47,545 nt of DNA, from assembly GCA_036012755.1 (NCBI GenBank), contig DASCPX010000067.1:1-47545 (forward strand), in the 5' to 3' direction. Origin of the DNA: Myxococcota bacterium (lineage in GTDB: Bacteria > Myxococcota_A > UBA796 > CAJQPC01). Shown here piece by piece: positions 36,457-44,954 of this stretch (position 1 is the first letter of the stretch; the number at the start of each line of letters is the position of its first letter). The notes beneath the pieces were generated by a model. It did not search any database and was not told the origin of the DNA. It worked only from the letters and a program-made list of their open reading frames with translations. Both the position numbers and the translations under genes were made by a program.

Positions 36457-37985
36457 GGACAGACCTGCGCTGCGAGGTAGGCGAGGTCGATCTGGGCGCC
36501 CAGCTCGAGGCCCTCTGTGACTCCGTCGATCTCCAGGGTCGCGGTATCGCTCTGGTAGGACCAGGCAGTCAGGGAGCGCCCTTCGTGGGTGAGCTCGATG
36601 GTCTCGGGCACCGCTGGGAGCTCGAGCTCGACCCGGAGCGGTCCCCCGGCCGCGCTGACCGCGGCGTCGGCGAGCTCCGTGTAGAAGTTGTCCCAGTCGT
36701 CCTCGCAGATGTCGAGCACGGCTCCGCCGGTCTCGCTCGCTGCGCTGATCGCGTTGCCACCGTGGGTGCAGGCGCCTCCGGTCCCGGCGATCGCGGAGAT
36801 CACGAGGTTGTCGGGATCGACGAGGTGGTCTCGGAGCTGGTCGAGGTAGCTCTCGAGCCCCTGGGGCGAGGCCTCTTCGCCGGAGAGCACGAGCACGACG
36901 TGGAGCATGGCCTCGGCGCGGAGGAAGCCCTCGAGGCACTCTCCGCTGTCCGTGCGCTCGACGAGCTGCACCGCGAGCTGGAGCAGGCGCCGCGTGCCGT
37001 CCCCCTGGGGAAGGAGGCCATAGGCCAGCGCCGGGCCGGCGGTCTCGGCGTCGTAGACGTCGCTGCCGAGGTAGGGGTCGAAGGTGCTGTGGCAGGAGTC
37101 CTCGCCGTTTCCGACGGTGACGTGCCAGTCGGAGCCGAGGCCGTCGAGCCGGTCGAACAGCACGCTCGCGTAGTCCCTCGCGCCGCTGAGGTGTGTCGCG
37201 TTTTCGGGCCCGCTGTCCACCACGAACATCAGGTCCACGGCCTGGCTGGGCACATACGAGAGTGTCTCTCGCACCGCCTCTCCAGGGACGCCCAAGGCGC
37301 TGATCGTGAGACCGACGGAGGGGCTGGCGGGGTCGTTGGACAGCAGCGTCACCGAGGCATCCTGGGCGCCCCCGGACAGCGGCTGGAACCACAACTCGTA
37401 CAGCACGTGTTCGCCGGGGCCCAACTCCCCGGGGAGATCCCCCTCCAGGGAGAAGTCCTCTCCGCCCCCGAGCTCGAGGGACTCGACCTCGAGGGGCTCG
37501 GAGCCGTCGTTGAAGAGCGCAAAGGTGGAGCTCGCGCCGCAGCCCACGGGGACCGGGTCGAGGGTGTCGTCGCCCTCGAGGAGGCGCGCGACCGGAGCGG
37601 TCGCCTCGCCGGTGAGGGCGATCTCGACGAGCCCGTTGGGAAAGACCACCGCTTCGTAGGAGCCCTCCGTGTGTGGCTCGAAGGTGATCGTGACGTCGAA
37701 GGTCTGTCCGGCGTCGAGCTCGACGAGCGCCGGGGCGTTCGAGAAGAAGACGTCCGCTCCTGCGATCCAGTTCAGCCCGGCGACCACCAGGCCTGCGTCA
37801 CCGGTGTTGCGGACTTGCAGGACCTCTACCTGGTAGCCATCGGTGAGGACGCTCAGCGCGCCGTAGTCGATGCGGGTGCGGTCGACGCTGAGGCTGCCGT
37901 TTCCGGGCTCCACGAGACCTCTCGTGGGGACGCCGGAGCCGGGGCCGATCGGCTCGCAGGCCACAAGCAGCAGAAGCCAGCTCAC
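36453..37985 (-). CDS. Lipoprotein with two ASH/choice-of-anchor-D Ig-like domains and a degenerate vWA-like domain
   Basis: LVAC lipobox, VRNTGDAGLVV and FNDGSEPLEV Ig motifs, SNDP, VDLMFVVDSG, GFLRAEAMLHVV and ICEDDW. Confidence 0.72.
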   Translation of the reverse strand: MSWLLLLVACEPIGPGSGVPTRGLVEPGNGSLSVDRTRIDYGALSVLTDGYQVEVLQVRNTGDAGLVVAGLNWIAGADVFFSNAPALVELDAGQTFDVTITFEPHTEGSYEAVVFPNGLVEIALTGEATAPVARLLEGDDTLDPVPVGCGASSTFALFNDGSEPLEVESLELGGGEDFSLEGDLPGELGPGEHVLYELWFQPLSGGAQDASVTLLSNDPASPSVGLTISALGVPGEAVRETLSYVPSQAVDLMFVVDSGPENATHLSGARDYASVLFDRLDGLGSDWHVTVGNGEDSCHSTFDPYLGSDVYDAETAGPALAYGLLPQGDGTRRLLQLAVQLVERTDSGECLEGFLRAEAMLHVVLVLSGEEASPQGLESYLDQLRDHLVDPDNLVISAIAGTGGACTHGGNAISAASETGGAVLDICEDDWDNFYTELADAAVSAAGGPLRVELELPAVPETIELTHEGRSLTAWSYQSDTATLEIDGVTEGLELGAQIDLAYLAAQVCP

Positions 37986-38006
37986 CCCCGGAGGATAACC
38001 GTGTGG

Positions 38007-39623
38007 CTAGCGGAGGTGTTGGCCGATGCCGACGCCCACCCCGTGCTGCGCATAGCTCGTCGCCATCCCGCCATAGCTGTAGGGAACGACGCGGAGGTCA
38101 TAGCGCGCGACCAGGTAGCGCTCACCGAGCGGGATCCTCAGGGTCGCCCGGCCGCCCAGCGCGGCCGCTGGACCTGCCTGCCGGTGCTCGAGGAGCTCGT
38201 AGGTGACCGGGTCGAAGTCGTCGAAGCGGCGCCACTGGAGCACGGCGCCGGCAGCGGGGCCCAGCGTGACCGGGAACCTCGTCGGCCTCCACGCCAGCGT
38301 CGCCCCGAAGGCGATGGTCCCGGCGGTCACTTCGACTGGTTCGGCTTCGAGCTCGCCGCGCCAGGCGCTTGCGCCGAGGTGGAGGTCCGGCTCCAGCCAC
38401 CGCGGGCCCCAGCTCGGGTTGACCAGCGCCAGCTCCAGGGCCCCTGCCTGGTCGTGCCAGACTCCGGCGCCCGGGCCGTGGCGGTACACGCCGCCTCCGA
38501 CCAGCTCGAGCGACGGTGTCGTCCTCGGAAAGAGGTCCTCGACCATCACGGTCTCGCCGGCTGCGAGGCGCGTCGTCCGCTTGAGCAGCGTGCGGTCCTG
38601 GTCGTCCCGGACTTCGATCGTGTGCCTCCCCGGCTCGACGGCGACCACCTCTGGCAGCACGCCGCGCGCCTGGCCGTCGATGAGCACCTGGGCGCTCGCG
38701 AGCAGCTGGTCCGTGGCGGCGATGAGGGCGCGCTCGGCGGCCGTGCGCGTGGCCTCTGAGCCGGCGAGGTAGATCTCCTCCCGGCCGACGATGCGGTACT
38801 CGGCGCGAGGGACCTGGAGTCCGCCGGTGTAGGTGATGGTCCGGTCGCGGGCCCAGTCGTGGGCCTCTGTGACGTCGACGAGCCCGTCGCCGTCGAGGTC
38901 CGCTTCGCTGGCGCCCGCCTCCATCGCCTCGATGAGGAAGTGGGTGTAGACCCCGTTTTCGAGCTCGGGATCCTCCATGGCTGGCTGGTAGTACTGGGCT
39001 GCGTAGAGGCGCGCCTCCGACTCGCTCACCTCACGGGTACCGCGGGGCGCGGGGGGGGCGCCGCGCATGGACTCGAGCATGGCGGCGGTGGTCGCATCCA
39101 CACCGCTCCGACTGCCTTCGCGTCCGTTGTGGCAGGTGTCCATGACCAGCACTCGCCTGCGGGCCTCGACCTCGGCGACGCGCTCCTCGAGCCACGCGAT
39201 GGGGATGCCCGTCCCCTCGGCGTCGGCGAGTCGGCCGTCCGAGGGGAGGAACCAGAGCTCTGTGCCGTCGACGACGTCGATCGTCAGGGTCCCGTGGCCG
39301 GAGAGGTAGAGGAGGAAGGTGTCATCGCGCTGGAGATCGGCTGTGGCGAACTCGAGCGCCTTGTAGATGCCCTCACGGTTCGTCGCATCGGGCGCCGTCA
39401 CGGTGAGGACCCGATCGAAGTCGCCCGAGGCATCCAGGGCCGCAGAGAGATCGCGGGCGTCCTTCGCGGCGAACCTCAGGTCGGTGAGCGCCGGATCCTC
39501 GTAGCTGTCCACGCCGATGACGACCGCCACGCGGCGTGGCTCGTAGATGCGGTCGAGGTCCCTGGGTTCCTCGGCTGTTCCGAGGCTCCCGGCGAGAGCG
39601 GATCCGAGCAGGAGATGGATCAT
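38007..39623 (-). CDS. Exported caspase-like peptidase (C14) with PEGA-like domain and C-terminal beta-barrel-like region
   Basis: AVVIGVDSY, LRFAAKDA, YLSGHG (His), MDTCH (Cys), GVYTHFL, DLDGDG, a PEGA-like VLIDG..PGRHTIEV and amphipathic beta strands. It has a signal peptide. Confidence 0.87.
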   Translation of the reverse strand: MIHLLLGSALAGSLGTAEEPRDLDRIYEPRRVAVVIGVDSYEDPALTDLRFAAKDARDLSAALDASGDFDRVLTVTAPDATNREGIYKALEFATADLQRDDTFLLYLSGHGTLTIDVVDGTELWFLPSDGRLADAEGTGIPIAWLEERVAEVEARRRVLVMDTCHNGREGSRSGVDATTAAMLESMRGAPPAPRGTREVSESEARLYAAQYYQPAMEDPELENGVYTHFLIEAMEAGASEADLDGDGLVDVTEAHDWARDRTITYTGGLQVPRAEYRIVGREEIYLAGSEATRTAAERALIAATDQLLASAQVLIDGQARGVLPEVVAVEPGRHTIEVRDDQDRTLLKRTTRLAAGETVMVEDLFPRTTPSLELVGGGVYRHGPGAGVWHDQAGALELALVNPSWGPRWLEPDLHLGASAWRGELEAEPVEVTAGTIAFGATLAWRPTRFPVTLGPAAGAVLQWRRFDDFDPVTYELLEHRQAGPAAALGGRATLRIPLGERYLVARYDLRVVPYSYGGMATSYAQHGVGVGIGQHLR

Positions 39624-40342
39624 CTGTCGACCTCGACCCTGGCAGCGTCACAGCGAAGACCGCTGGAGAGGGCGGCGGCGCAGAGGTCCTCGGGATCGAC
39701 AGTCTGACCGCTGGGGGAGCGGTCTGTCAGTCTCTTCTCCAGTTCGCTCTCGAGCACGTGGGCGTCCAGGGCCTCGTTGGTTGTGACGAAACCGAAGACA
39801 GAGGTGGTGTCGCCGGGCTCGAGGGTCCAGACGACCTGCTCTCCGCCGATGCGCAGGTCGTCCTCGCCGCCTTCGACGCGGGCCTGCGTCAGCACGTGGA
39901 CGCCCTCGTCGTCGGCGTGGACGAGGTGGATCCAGCCATCTCGTTCCATGTGGTAGCGGAAGAACAAGGTGTCACCAGGCTCGTAGGCCGTGCCGTCCCG
40001 GAGGCGCAGAGCCGCCCCGTCGTGTTCCGCAGCCATCTTGAGGGCCACCGCGGGGGTCGTCTCGTCGAGCCCGCGTGCCGTCATCGTAGAGACGTCGCCG
40101 GTCTCCGGGGCGCTGCGCACGACCAGCATTGTCGCAGCAGCCACCGCGAGACCCGCGACGACGAACTTTTTCCACCGAGGACTGTTGGCCTGGCGAGGCT
40201 CTGAGGCCCGCGCTGCTTCGACGCGGGTGAGCGTTCGCTCGGCGAGCCCTGCCGGCAGCTCGACGTCCGTGAACTTCGCCAGCGCCGCGTCCCCGGGATG
40301 GGGGCCGAGGCCGAGCAGGTAGTCCTGCAGGCGGGCGTTCAC
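39620..40342 (-). CDS. Putative anti-sigma factor (one TM, DUF4384-like periplasmic domain)
   Basis: Short cytoplasmic N-domain, TM, then TARG...LRDGTAYEPGDTLFFRY. Coupled to the ECF sigma gene. Confidence 0.7.
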   Translation of the reverse strand: MNARLQDYLLGLGPHPGDAALAKFTDVELPAGLAERTLTRVEAARASEPRQANSPRWKKFVVAGLAVAAATMLVVRSAPETGDVSTMTARGLDETTPAVALKMAAEHDGAALRLRDGTAYEPGDTLFFRYHMERDGWIHLVHADDEGVHVLTQARVEGGEDDLRIGGEQVVWTLEPGDTTSVFGFVTTNEALDAHVLESELEKRLTDRSPSGQTVDPEDLCAAALSSGLRCDAARVEVDR

Positions 40343-40881
40343 GAGCCCTCCCCGGTCGGGGAGGCGAGGCCAGATACCGAGAGGATCTGGCGCAGGGCAG
40401 CTCGCGCGCGGCTGATGCGGGCGCGAGCGTTGTCGGGGGAGATGTCGAGCTGGGCGGCGACCTCGCGATGATCGAGGCCGTGGACCGCTCCCAGCAGGAA
40501 GGCGTCGCGGAGCTTCTCGGGGAGCCGATCGATGGCGGCTTCGAGGGTGAGGCGCTCCTCGTGTCGATCTCTCGGGACGACGAACTCGGCCTCTGTGTCC
40601 ACCGTCTCGATCCGACGAGCGGAGCGACGACCGGCGTCACGAGCTGCATTGAGCGCGATGCCGAAGAGCCACGGGCGGAAGCGCTGGTCGCGTCTGTAGG
40701 TGTGGCGGCCCTTGTGGATCTTGAGCCAGGTCTCCTGGAAGATCTCGCTCGCCAGCTCGGGTTCGCGGGTTCGTCTCAGCAGGTATCCATACACAGAGCG
40801 CGAGTGCCGCGCGAAGAGCGCGTCGTATGCCGCCGTGTCTCCTTGTTGGACGCGGACCATGAGCTCCTCGTCAGACACCAT
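40339..40881 (-). CDS. ECF RNA polymerase sigma factor
   Basis: SDEELMVRVQQGD, EIFQETWLKI, FRPWLFGIALN, LPEKLRDAFLL and REVAAQL..RISRARAAL. Start at 40881 or slightly upstream. Confidence 0.92.
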   Translation of the reverse strand: MVSDEELMVRVQQGDTAAYDALFARHSRSVYGYLLRRTREPELASEIFQETWLKIHKGRHTYRRDQRFRPWLFGIALNAARDAGRRSARRIETVDTEAEFVVPRDRHEERLTLEAAIDRLPEKLRDAFLLGAVHGLDHREVAAQLDISPDNARARISRARAALRQILSVSGLASPTGEGS

Positions 40882-40913
40882 GGCGAGATCGGATCCAGCC
40901 ACTTCGGGAAGCT

Positions 40914-42482
40914 CTACGACGAGCTCTGCTGGTGTGTGACAGAACCAGCTCTCCGAGATCGCACATGGGCCTGGAACAACCCGCAGAACGAGGCCAGGAC
41001 GCACAGCCACGCGAAGGTGTCGCCGATGTGCCTGTACACCGTGTCGACCCGACCGATCGGCGTCTCGACGATGCGAATGACCTCTGTGAAGGGCTCCGTC
41101 TCGTTCGTGATCTCCCCTGTCGGCGAGACGTGCATCGAGACGCCGGTGTAAGCGATGCGCACCATCGGGACCCCGTTCTCTACGGCTCGGACCGCGCTCA
41201 GCATCGCGTGCTGGTGTGGCGCCTGGGTGTCCCCGAACCAACCGTCGTTGGTGACGTTCACGAAGAGCGAGGTCTCCGCGAGGTTCTGGTGGACGAAGTC
41301 CTGCAGGATGGCCTCGTAGCAGATCGGCGTGGTGAAGGTGCCGTCGATGCCATCGACCGCGAAGAAGACGGGCTCCGAGCCAGCCTCGAAGTCCCCGGGT
41401 CCCCGGATGATCTCCTTGAGGAAGGGGAACGTGTCCGCGAAGGGGAGGTACTCGCCGAAGGGCAGCGGCACCATCTTGTCGTAGCGCTGGGTGATCTGCC
41501 CGTCGGCCGTGATCAGGTAGATGCTGTTGCGCTGTTCGACGTACTTGCGCCCGGTGACCGGGTCGACCTTGCCCTCGGCGAAGCCGCCGCCGAAGACGAT
41601 CGGCGCCCGGATGTTCCCTACGAGGTTGGTCATCAGCTGACCCACCCGCGCGGCCCGGGGGTCATAGGGGGTGGCTCCCTCCGGCCAGATGACCAGATCC
41701 ACGTCCTCGCCGACCAGCTCTCCCGTCATGCGCACCCAGCTGAGCATCGCGTCGCGCGCGGAGCCCTTCATGCGCTCCTCCATCGAGATGCCTTGCTGGA
41801 GCTGGGTGACCTTGATGGTCGGCCAGGTGGCGACTTCAGCCTCGACGCGGGGGATGCGCCAGGCGCCGTAGCCCAGGTTCGCCACGAAGAGCGCGGCGGT
41901 GACGCCGAGGGTCGCCCAGGGCATGCCTCGGCCCTCGGCTCGGCGATACACGACCTCTGCCAGAGCGCAGTTCGTCAGGAAGATCAGGTAGCTCACTCCC
42001 ATCACACCGGTGACGCTGGCGAGCTGCCAGGTCAGGGGCGTCCGGTACTGGGAGACCCCGTGGTAGTAGGGGAACAGCGAGAACTGCAGGACCTCGATGG
42101 CCACCTCGACGGCGGGGACGAGGAAGACCCAGGCGACGCCGAGGTGCTTGCGCAGCGGCTGCACGAGGCCGAAGACGATGGCGTACCAGAAGCCCGACGC
42201 GAAGGCGTAGGCGACGACGATCTGGATCGCTGCGTAGGCCGGGATGTTCGAGAAGCGGACGATGCTCTCTGTGAGCCAGAAGAAGAGGCTGTGCACGGCG
42301 ACGAAGCCGCAGAGGTAGGACAGCACGACGTTGCCGCGGGTGTCGCCCGGGCGCAGGGCCCACAACAGCGGCAGGAAGGCGAACCAGTGGAGGTAGTGCA
42401 GGTTGTCCGGGGGGCTGATCACCACCAGCAACAGGGCGCTGCCGATCGCTCCGAGGAGCCTGGGAAGCGAGAGAGCCGGCAT
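40914..42482 (-). CDS. lnt: Apolipoprotein N-acyltransferase
   Basis: N-terminal TMs, the nitrilase triad WPEG / YDKM / ICYE, LPFGEY, TNDGWF and RAVENG. Confidence 0.95.
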   Translation of the reverse strand: MPALSLPRLLGAIGSALLLVVISPPDNLHYLHWFAFLPLLWALRPGDTRGNVVLSYLCGFVAVHSLFFWLTESIVRFSNIPAYAAIQIVVAYAFASGFWYAIVFGLVQPLRKHLGVAWVFLVPAVEVAIEVLQFSLFPYYHGVSQYRTPLTWQLASVTGVMGVSYLIFLTNCALAEVVYRRAEGRGMPWATLGVTAALFVANLGYGAWRIPRVEAEVATWPTIKVTQLQQGISMEERMKGSARDAMLSWVRMTGELVGEDVDLVIWPEGATPYDPRAARVGQLMTNLVGNIRAPIVFGGGFAEGKVDPVTGRKYVEQRNSIYLITADGQITQRYDKMVPLPFGEYLPFADTFPFLKEIIRGPGDFEAGSEPVFFAVDGIDGTFTTPICYEAILQDFVHQNLAETSLFVNVTNDGWFGDTQAPHQHAMLSAVRAVENGVPMVRIAYTGVSMHVSPTGEITNETEPFTEVIRIVETPIGRVDTVYRHIGDTFAWLCVLASFCGLFQAHVRSRRAGSVTHQQSSS

Positions 42483-42552
42483 GGCTTGGGGGCTAACAGT
42501 GGCGGGGGAGTGGGGGAAGAGCTACCGTCTTGTTGTCAGGGCCCGAGAGCCG

Positions 42553-43806
42553 ATGCTGCATCTGTTGATCCTCCTCCTGCTAGGCCCCACATGGGCCGAA
42601 GTCCCCCCCCCTGTCGAGGCCGACGAGACCGTCGAGGCCGGCGAACCCGAGGCTGCGGAGCCCGTCGAGGCCGCGGAGCCCGTCGAGGCCGCGGAGCCCC
42701 CCGAGGAGCCTGTCGAGGAAGGCCCCAGCGCGGCGGAGCTCCACGAGTTGGAAGCACGAGCTCTCTACGCCGTCGCCCTCGAGCTGATGGAGCTCGGCCA
42801 GTACCCCGAAGCCCGCATCGTCCTGACGCGCATCGCCACCGACTACGGCGACAGCGGAGTCGCGCCCAATGCGGCCGAGATGTATGGGCTGCTCGAGACG
42901 ATCATCGCTCAGGGTGGACCCAACGCCGTCGCGTTGGCCCGCGCCGAGCTGGCCATCGACCAGGCCGTCGCCAGCGCCGCGTTCTTCGGATTCCTCCTGC
43001 CGGCCTCGACCTTCCAGCCCTCCGAGCCCCTGACTCCCGTGAGCATGGGACTGCTCGGACTCGGGGCGGGCATCGGCGGCAGCCTCTGGATCGGCAAGGA
43101 GTTCGAGCCGACGACCGGCCAGGTGATGAGTGTCTTCACCGGAGAGTGGCTCGGGGCGGGCAACGGCCTCGCCGCCAGCGCCATCAAGCCCCCGCGGGAC
43201 TACCGCGGTGTCTATCGGTACACCACCGGCGGCTTCCTGTTGGGCGCCGCATCCGGCGCGACGGTGGCGCACTATGTCCAGCCCTCCGCGGGCCAGGTCG
43301 CCATGGTGAACAGCGGCGCTGCCTACGGCGCCTACCTCACGGGCTGGAGCTTCGCCTATTGGTACGACGACGAGGAACACGCCTGGAGCGACGAGCGCCG
43401 GGCCTTCGTTCGAATGGCCCTCGGGACCGACGCTGGCGCCGCACTCGGCGCAGCCCTCGCCTGGCGCTTCCCGATCTCCCGGGCCCGGATGAACGTCATC
43501 AACCTCGCTGCGCTGACCGGAACCGCTGCCGGGGCAGGAATCGCCTTCTTGATCGACTACTACAGCTACGGCCTCGACGTCGGTCCGACCGGCGCCATGA
43601 TCATGAGCGGGACGGCGCTGGGGGCTGGCACGGGCGCTCTGTTGACGATGCGGATGGACGAGAGTCGCGGGCTGGCCTCGGCCAGCGGAGTCTTGCTGGA
43701 GCGCCGCGATGGACGCTGGGGCGTCGGCGTCCCGACTCCGCTGGTGACTCCGGATCCGCGTGGAGGCTGGCAGGTCTCCGTTCCCCTCGCGCAGGGCCAG
43801 TTCTAG
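42553..43806 (+). CDS. Hypothetical exported protein with acidic linker, TPR-like motif and Gly-rich hydrophobic repeats
   Basis: Signal MLHLLILLLLGPTWA, EPVEAA repeats, GQYPEARIVL..DYGDS, repeated GxxxG helices and terminal GQF. Confidence 0.72.
   Translation: MLHLLILLLLGPTWAEVPPPVEADETVEAGEPEAAEPVEAAEPVEAAEPPEEPVEEGPSAAELHELEARALYAVALELMELGQYPEARIVLTRIATDYGDSGVAPNAAEMYGLLETIIAQGGPNAVALARAELAIDQAVASAAFFGFLLPASTFQPSEPLTPVSMGLLGLGAGIGGSLWIGKEFEPTTGQVMSVFTGEWLGAGNGLAASAIKPPRDYRGVYRYTTGGFLLGAASGATVAHYVQPSAGQVAMVNSGAAYGAYLTGWSFAYWYDDEEHAWSDERRAFVRMALGTDAGAALGAALAWRFPISRARMNVINLAALTGTAAGAGIAFLIDYYSYGLDVGPTGAMIMSGTALGAGTGALLTMRMDESRGLASASGVLLERRDGRWGVGVPTPLVTPDPRGGWQVSVPLAQGQF
42658..42699 (+). 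repeat. 18-bp coding tandem repeat (EPVEAA)
   Basis: GAGCCCGTCGAGGCCGCG twice exactly, with degenerate flanking copies. Confidence 0.8.
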
Positions 43807-43810
43807 AGCA

Positions 43811-44554
43811 TCAGGGACCGAGCATCGGCGGTGCCGGCTCCAGGCCGGCGGCTTCGAAGTCGTCGAGGATGTCGTCGCGGACACCGCGGTTGTGGCGAAT
43901 CGCCGCGTCCGCGGCCCCGTACACGTTGCCCGAATAGAAGCCGACGCCGAAGAAGGCGAGGACTCCGAAGGCGGCCCATTGCTCCTGGCGAGCGGCGTAG
44001 GTCATGCCGCCGATGAACATGGCGTTGACCAAGAGCGCGCTCGCCGCCTCTCGTGGCTGGCCAGCGTAGAGCTGCCCGGCGCCGGGCAGGGCTCCGCTCA
44101 GGAAGCTCGCCAGCGCCGGACGTTTCCACTTCGGCGGATCGCTCAGGGTGGAGAGGAGCTCCGGCCCGACCGCTACACCCTCCGACTCCAGGACGGTGCG
44201 GGCCATGCCGAAGCGCCCCTCGGCTGCCAGCGCGTAGGCCTCCTGACCTGCGGCGTGCATCCGGTGGGCGCCCTCCGGGTGGAGATCGAGGTAGGCGCGG
44301 TAGTGGGCCGCGCTCAGCCGCGGAGCCTCCTCCATCCAGACCGAGGCGATGGCCAAGGTGGCGAGCTCTCCGACCTCGCTGTCCTCTGTCAGGGTCGTCA
44401 GCTCGCGGAGCCCGTCGTCCTGGTCCTGTTCCACCCTCGCCAGCGCGGCGAGGTAGCGGTAGCGGGGGTCGCTCGTCTCGTGATCCGCGCGCAGGGCCTC
44501 GGTCCGGAGTCCGTTGTAGTCCTCCTCCTCGTACAGCTCGAGGAGGAAGGGCAT
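43811..44554 (-). CDS. TPR-like protein with C-terminal membrane hairpin (LSGALPGAGQLYAG)
   Basis: ATG 44554 lies just after the YidD-like stop. KRPALASFLSGALPGAGQLYAG and FYSGNVYGA. Confidence 0.72.
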   Translation of the reverse strand: MPFLLELYEEEDYNGLRTEALRADHETSDPRYRYLAALARVEQDQDDGLRELTTLTEDSEVGELATLAIASVWMEEAPRLSAAHYRAYLDLHPEGAHRMHAAGQEAYALAAEGRFGMARTVLESEGVAVGPELLSTLSDPPKWKRPALASFLSGALPGAGQLYAGQPREAASALLVNAMFIGGMTYAARQEQWAAFGVLAFFGVGFYSGNVYGAADAAIRHNRGVRDDILDDFEAAGLEPAPPMLGP

Positions 44555-44558
44555 GGGG

Positions 44559-44954
44559 TCAGAGGCAGAGCTCTGCTCCGTCTCGTCGCTGATCTCGACA
44601 GTGGCCGCCCAGCAGGAGCCTGCCGGGAGGGACATGAGCAGACACAGGATCGAGGCCATGAAAGCCGTCGGCGGAGGGCGGGTAGGCAGTGGGGTTTCCG
44701 TCACGAAGCAGCCGGTCGAAGGTCAGGACATAGCCCCCGAGCCCATCCCGCGCGAAGGCTTCTCGGGCATAGCGGGAGCAGGTGGGTCGCATCGGGCAGC
44801 GCCCACCGTCGCCGGGGGAGATGAGGACACGCCAGATGCCGTAGGCGAGGTGCAGCGTGGCCTGGGGATAGGTCTCGGCGACCTCCCAGTCCGGACGCAG
44901 CATGGCCTCCGGATCCGGGCTCGCCAGGGACAACGCGACCAGCGCCAGGATCAC
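44559..44954 (-). CDS. yidD: YidD-like membrane protein insertion efficiency factor with N-terminal signal
   Basis: LISPGDGGRCPMRPTCSRYAREAF...DRLLR...DPV. GTGA overlap start at 44954. Confidence 0.72.
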   Translation of the reverse strand: MILALVALSLASPDPEAMLRPDWEVAETYPQATLHLAYGIWRVLISPGDGGRCPMRPTCSRYAREAFARDGLGGYVLTFDRLLRDGNPTAYPPSADGFHGLDPVSAHVPPGRLLLGGHCRDQRRDGAELCL

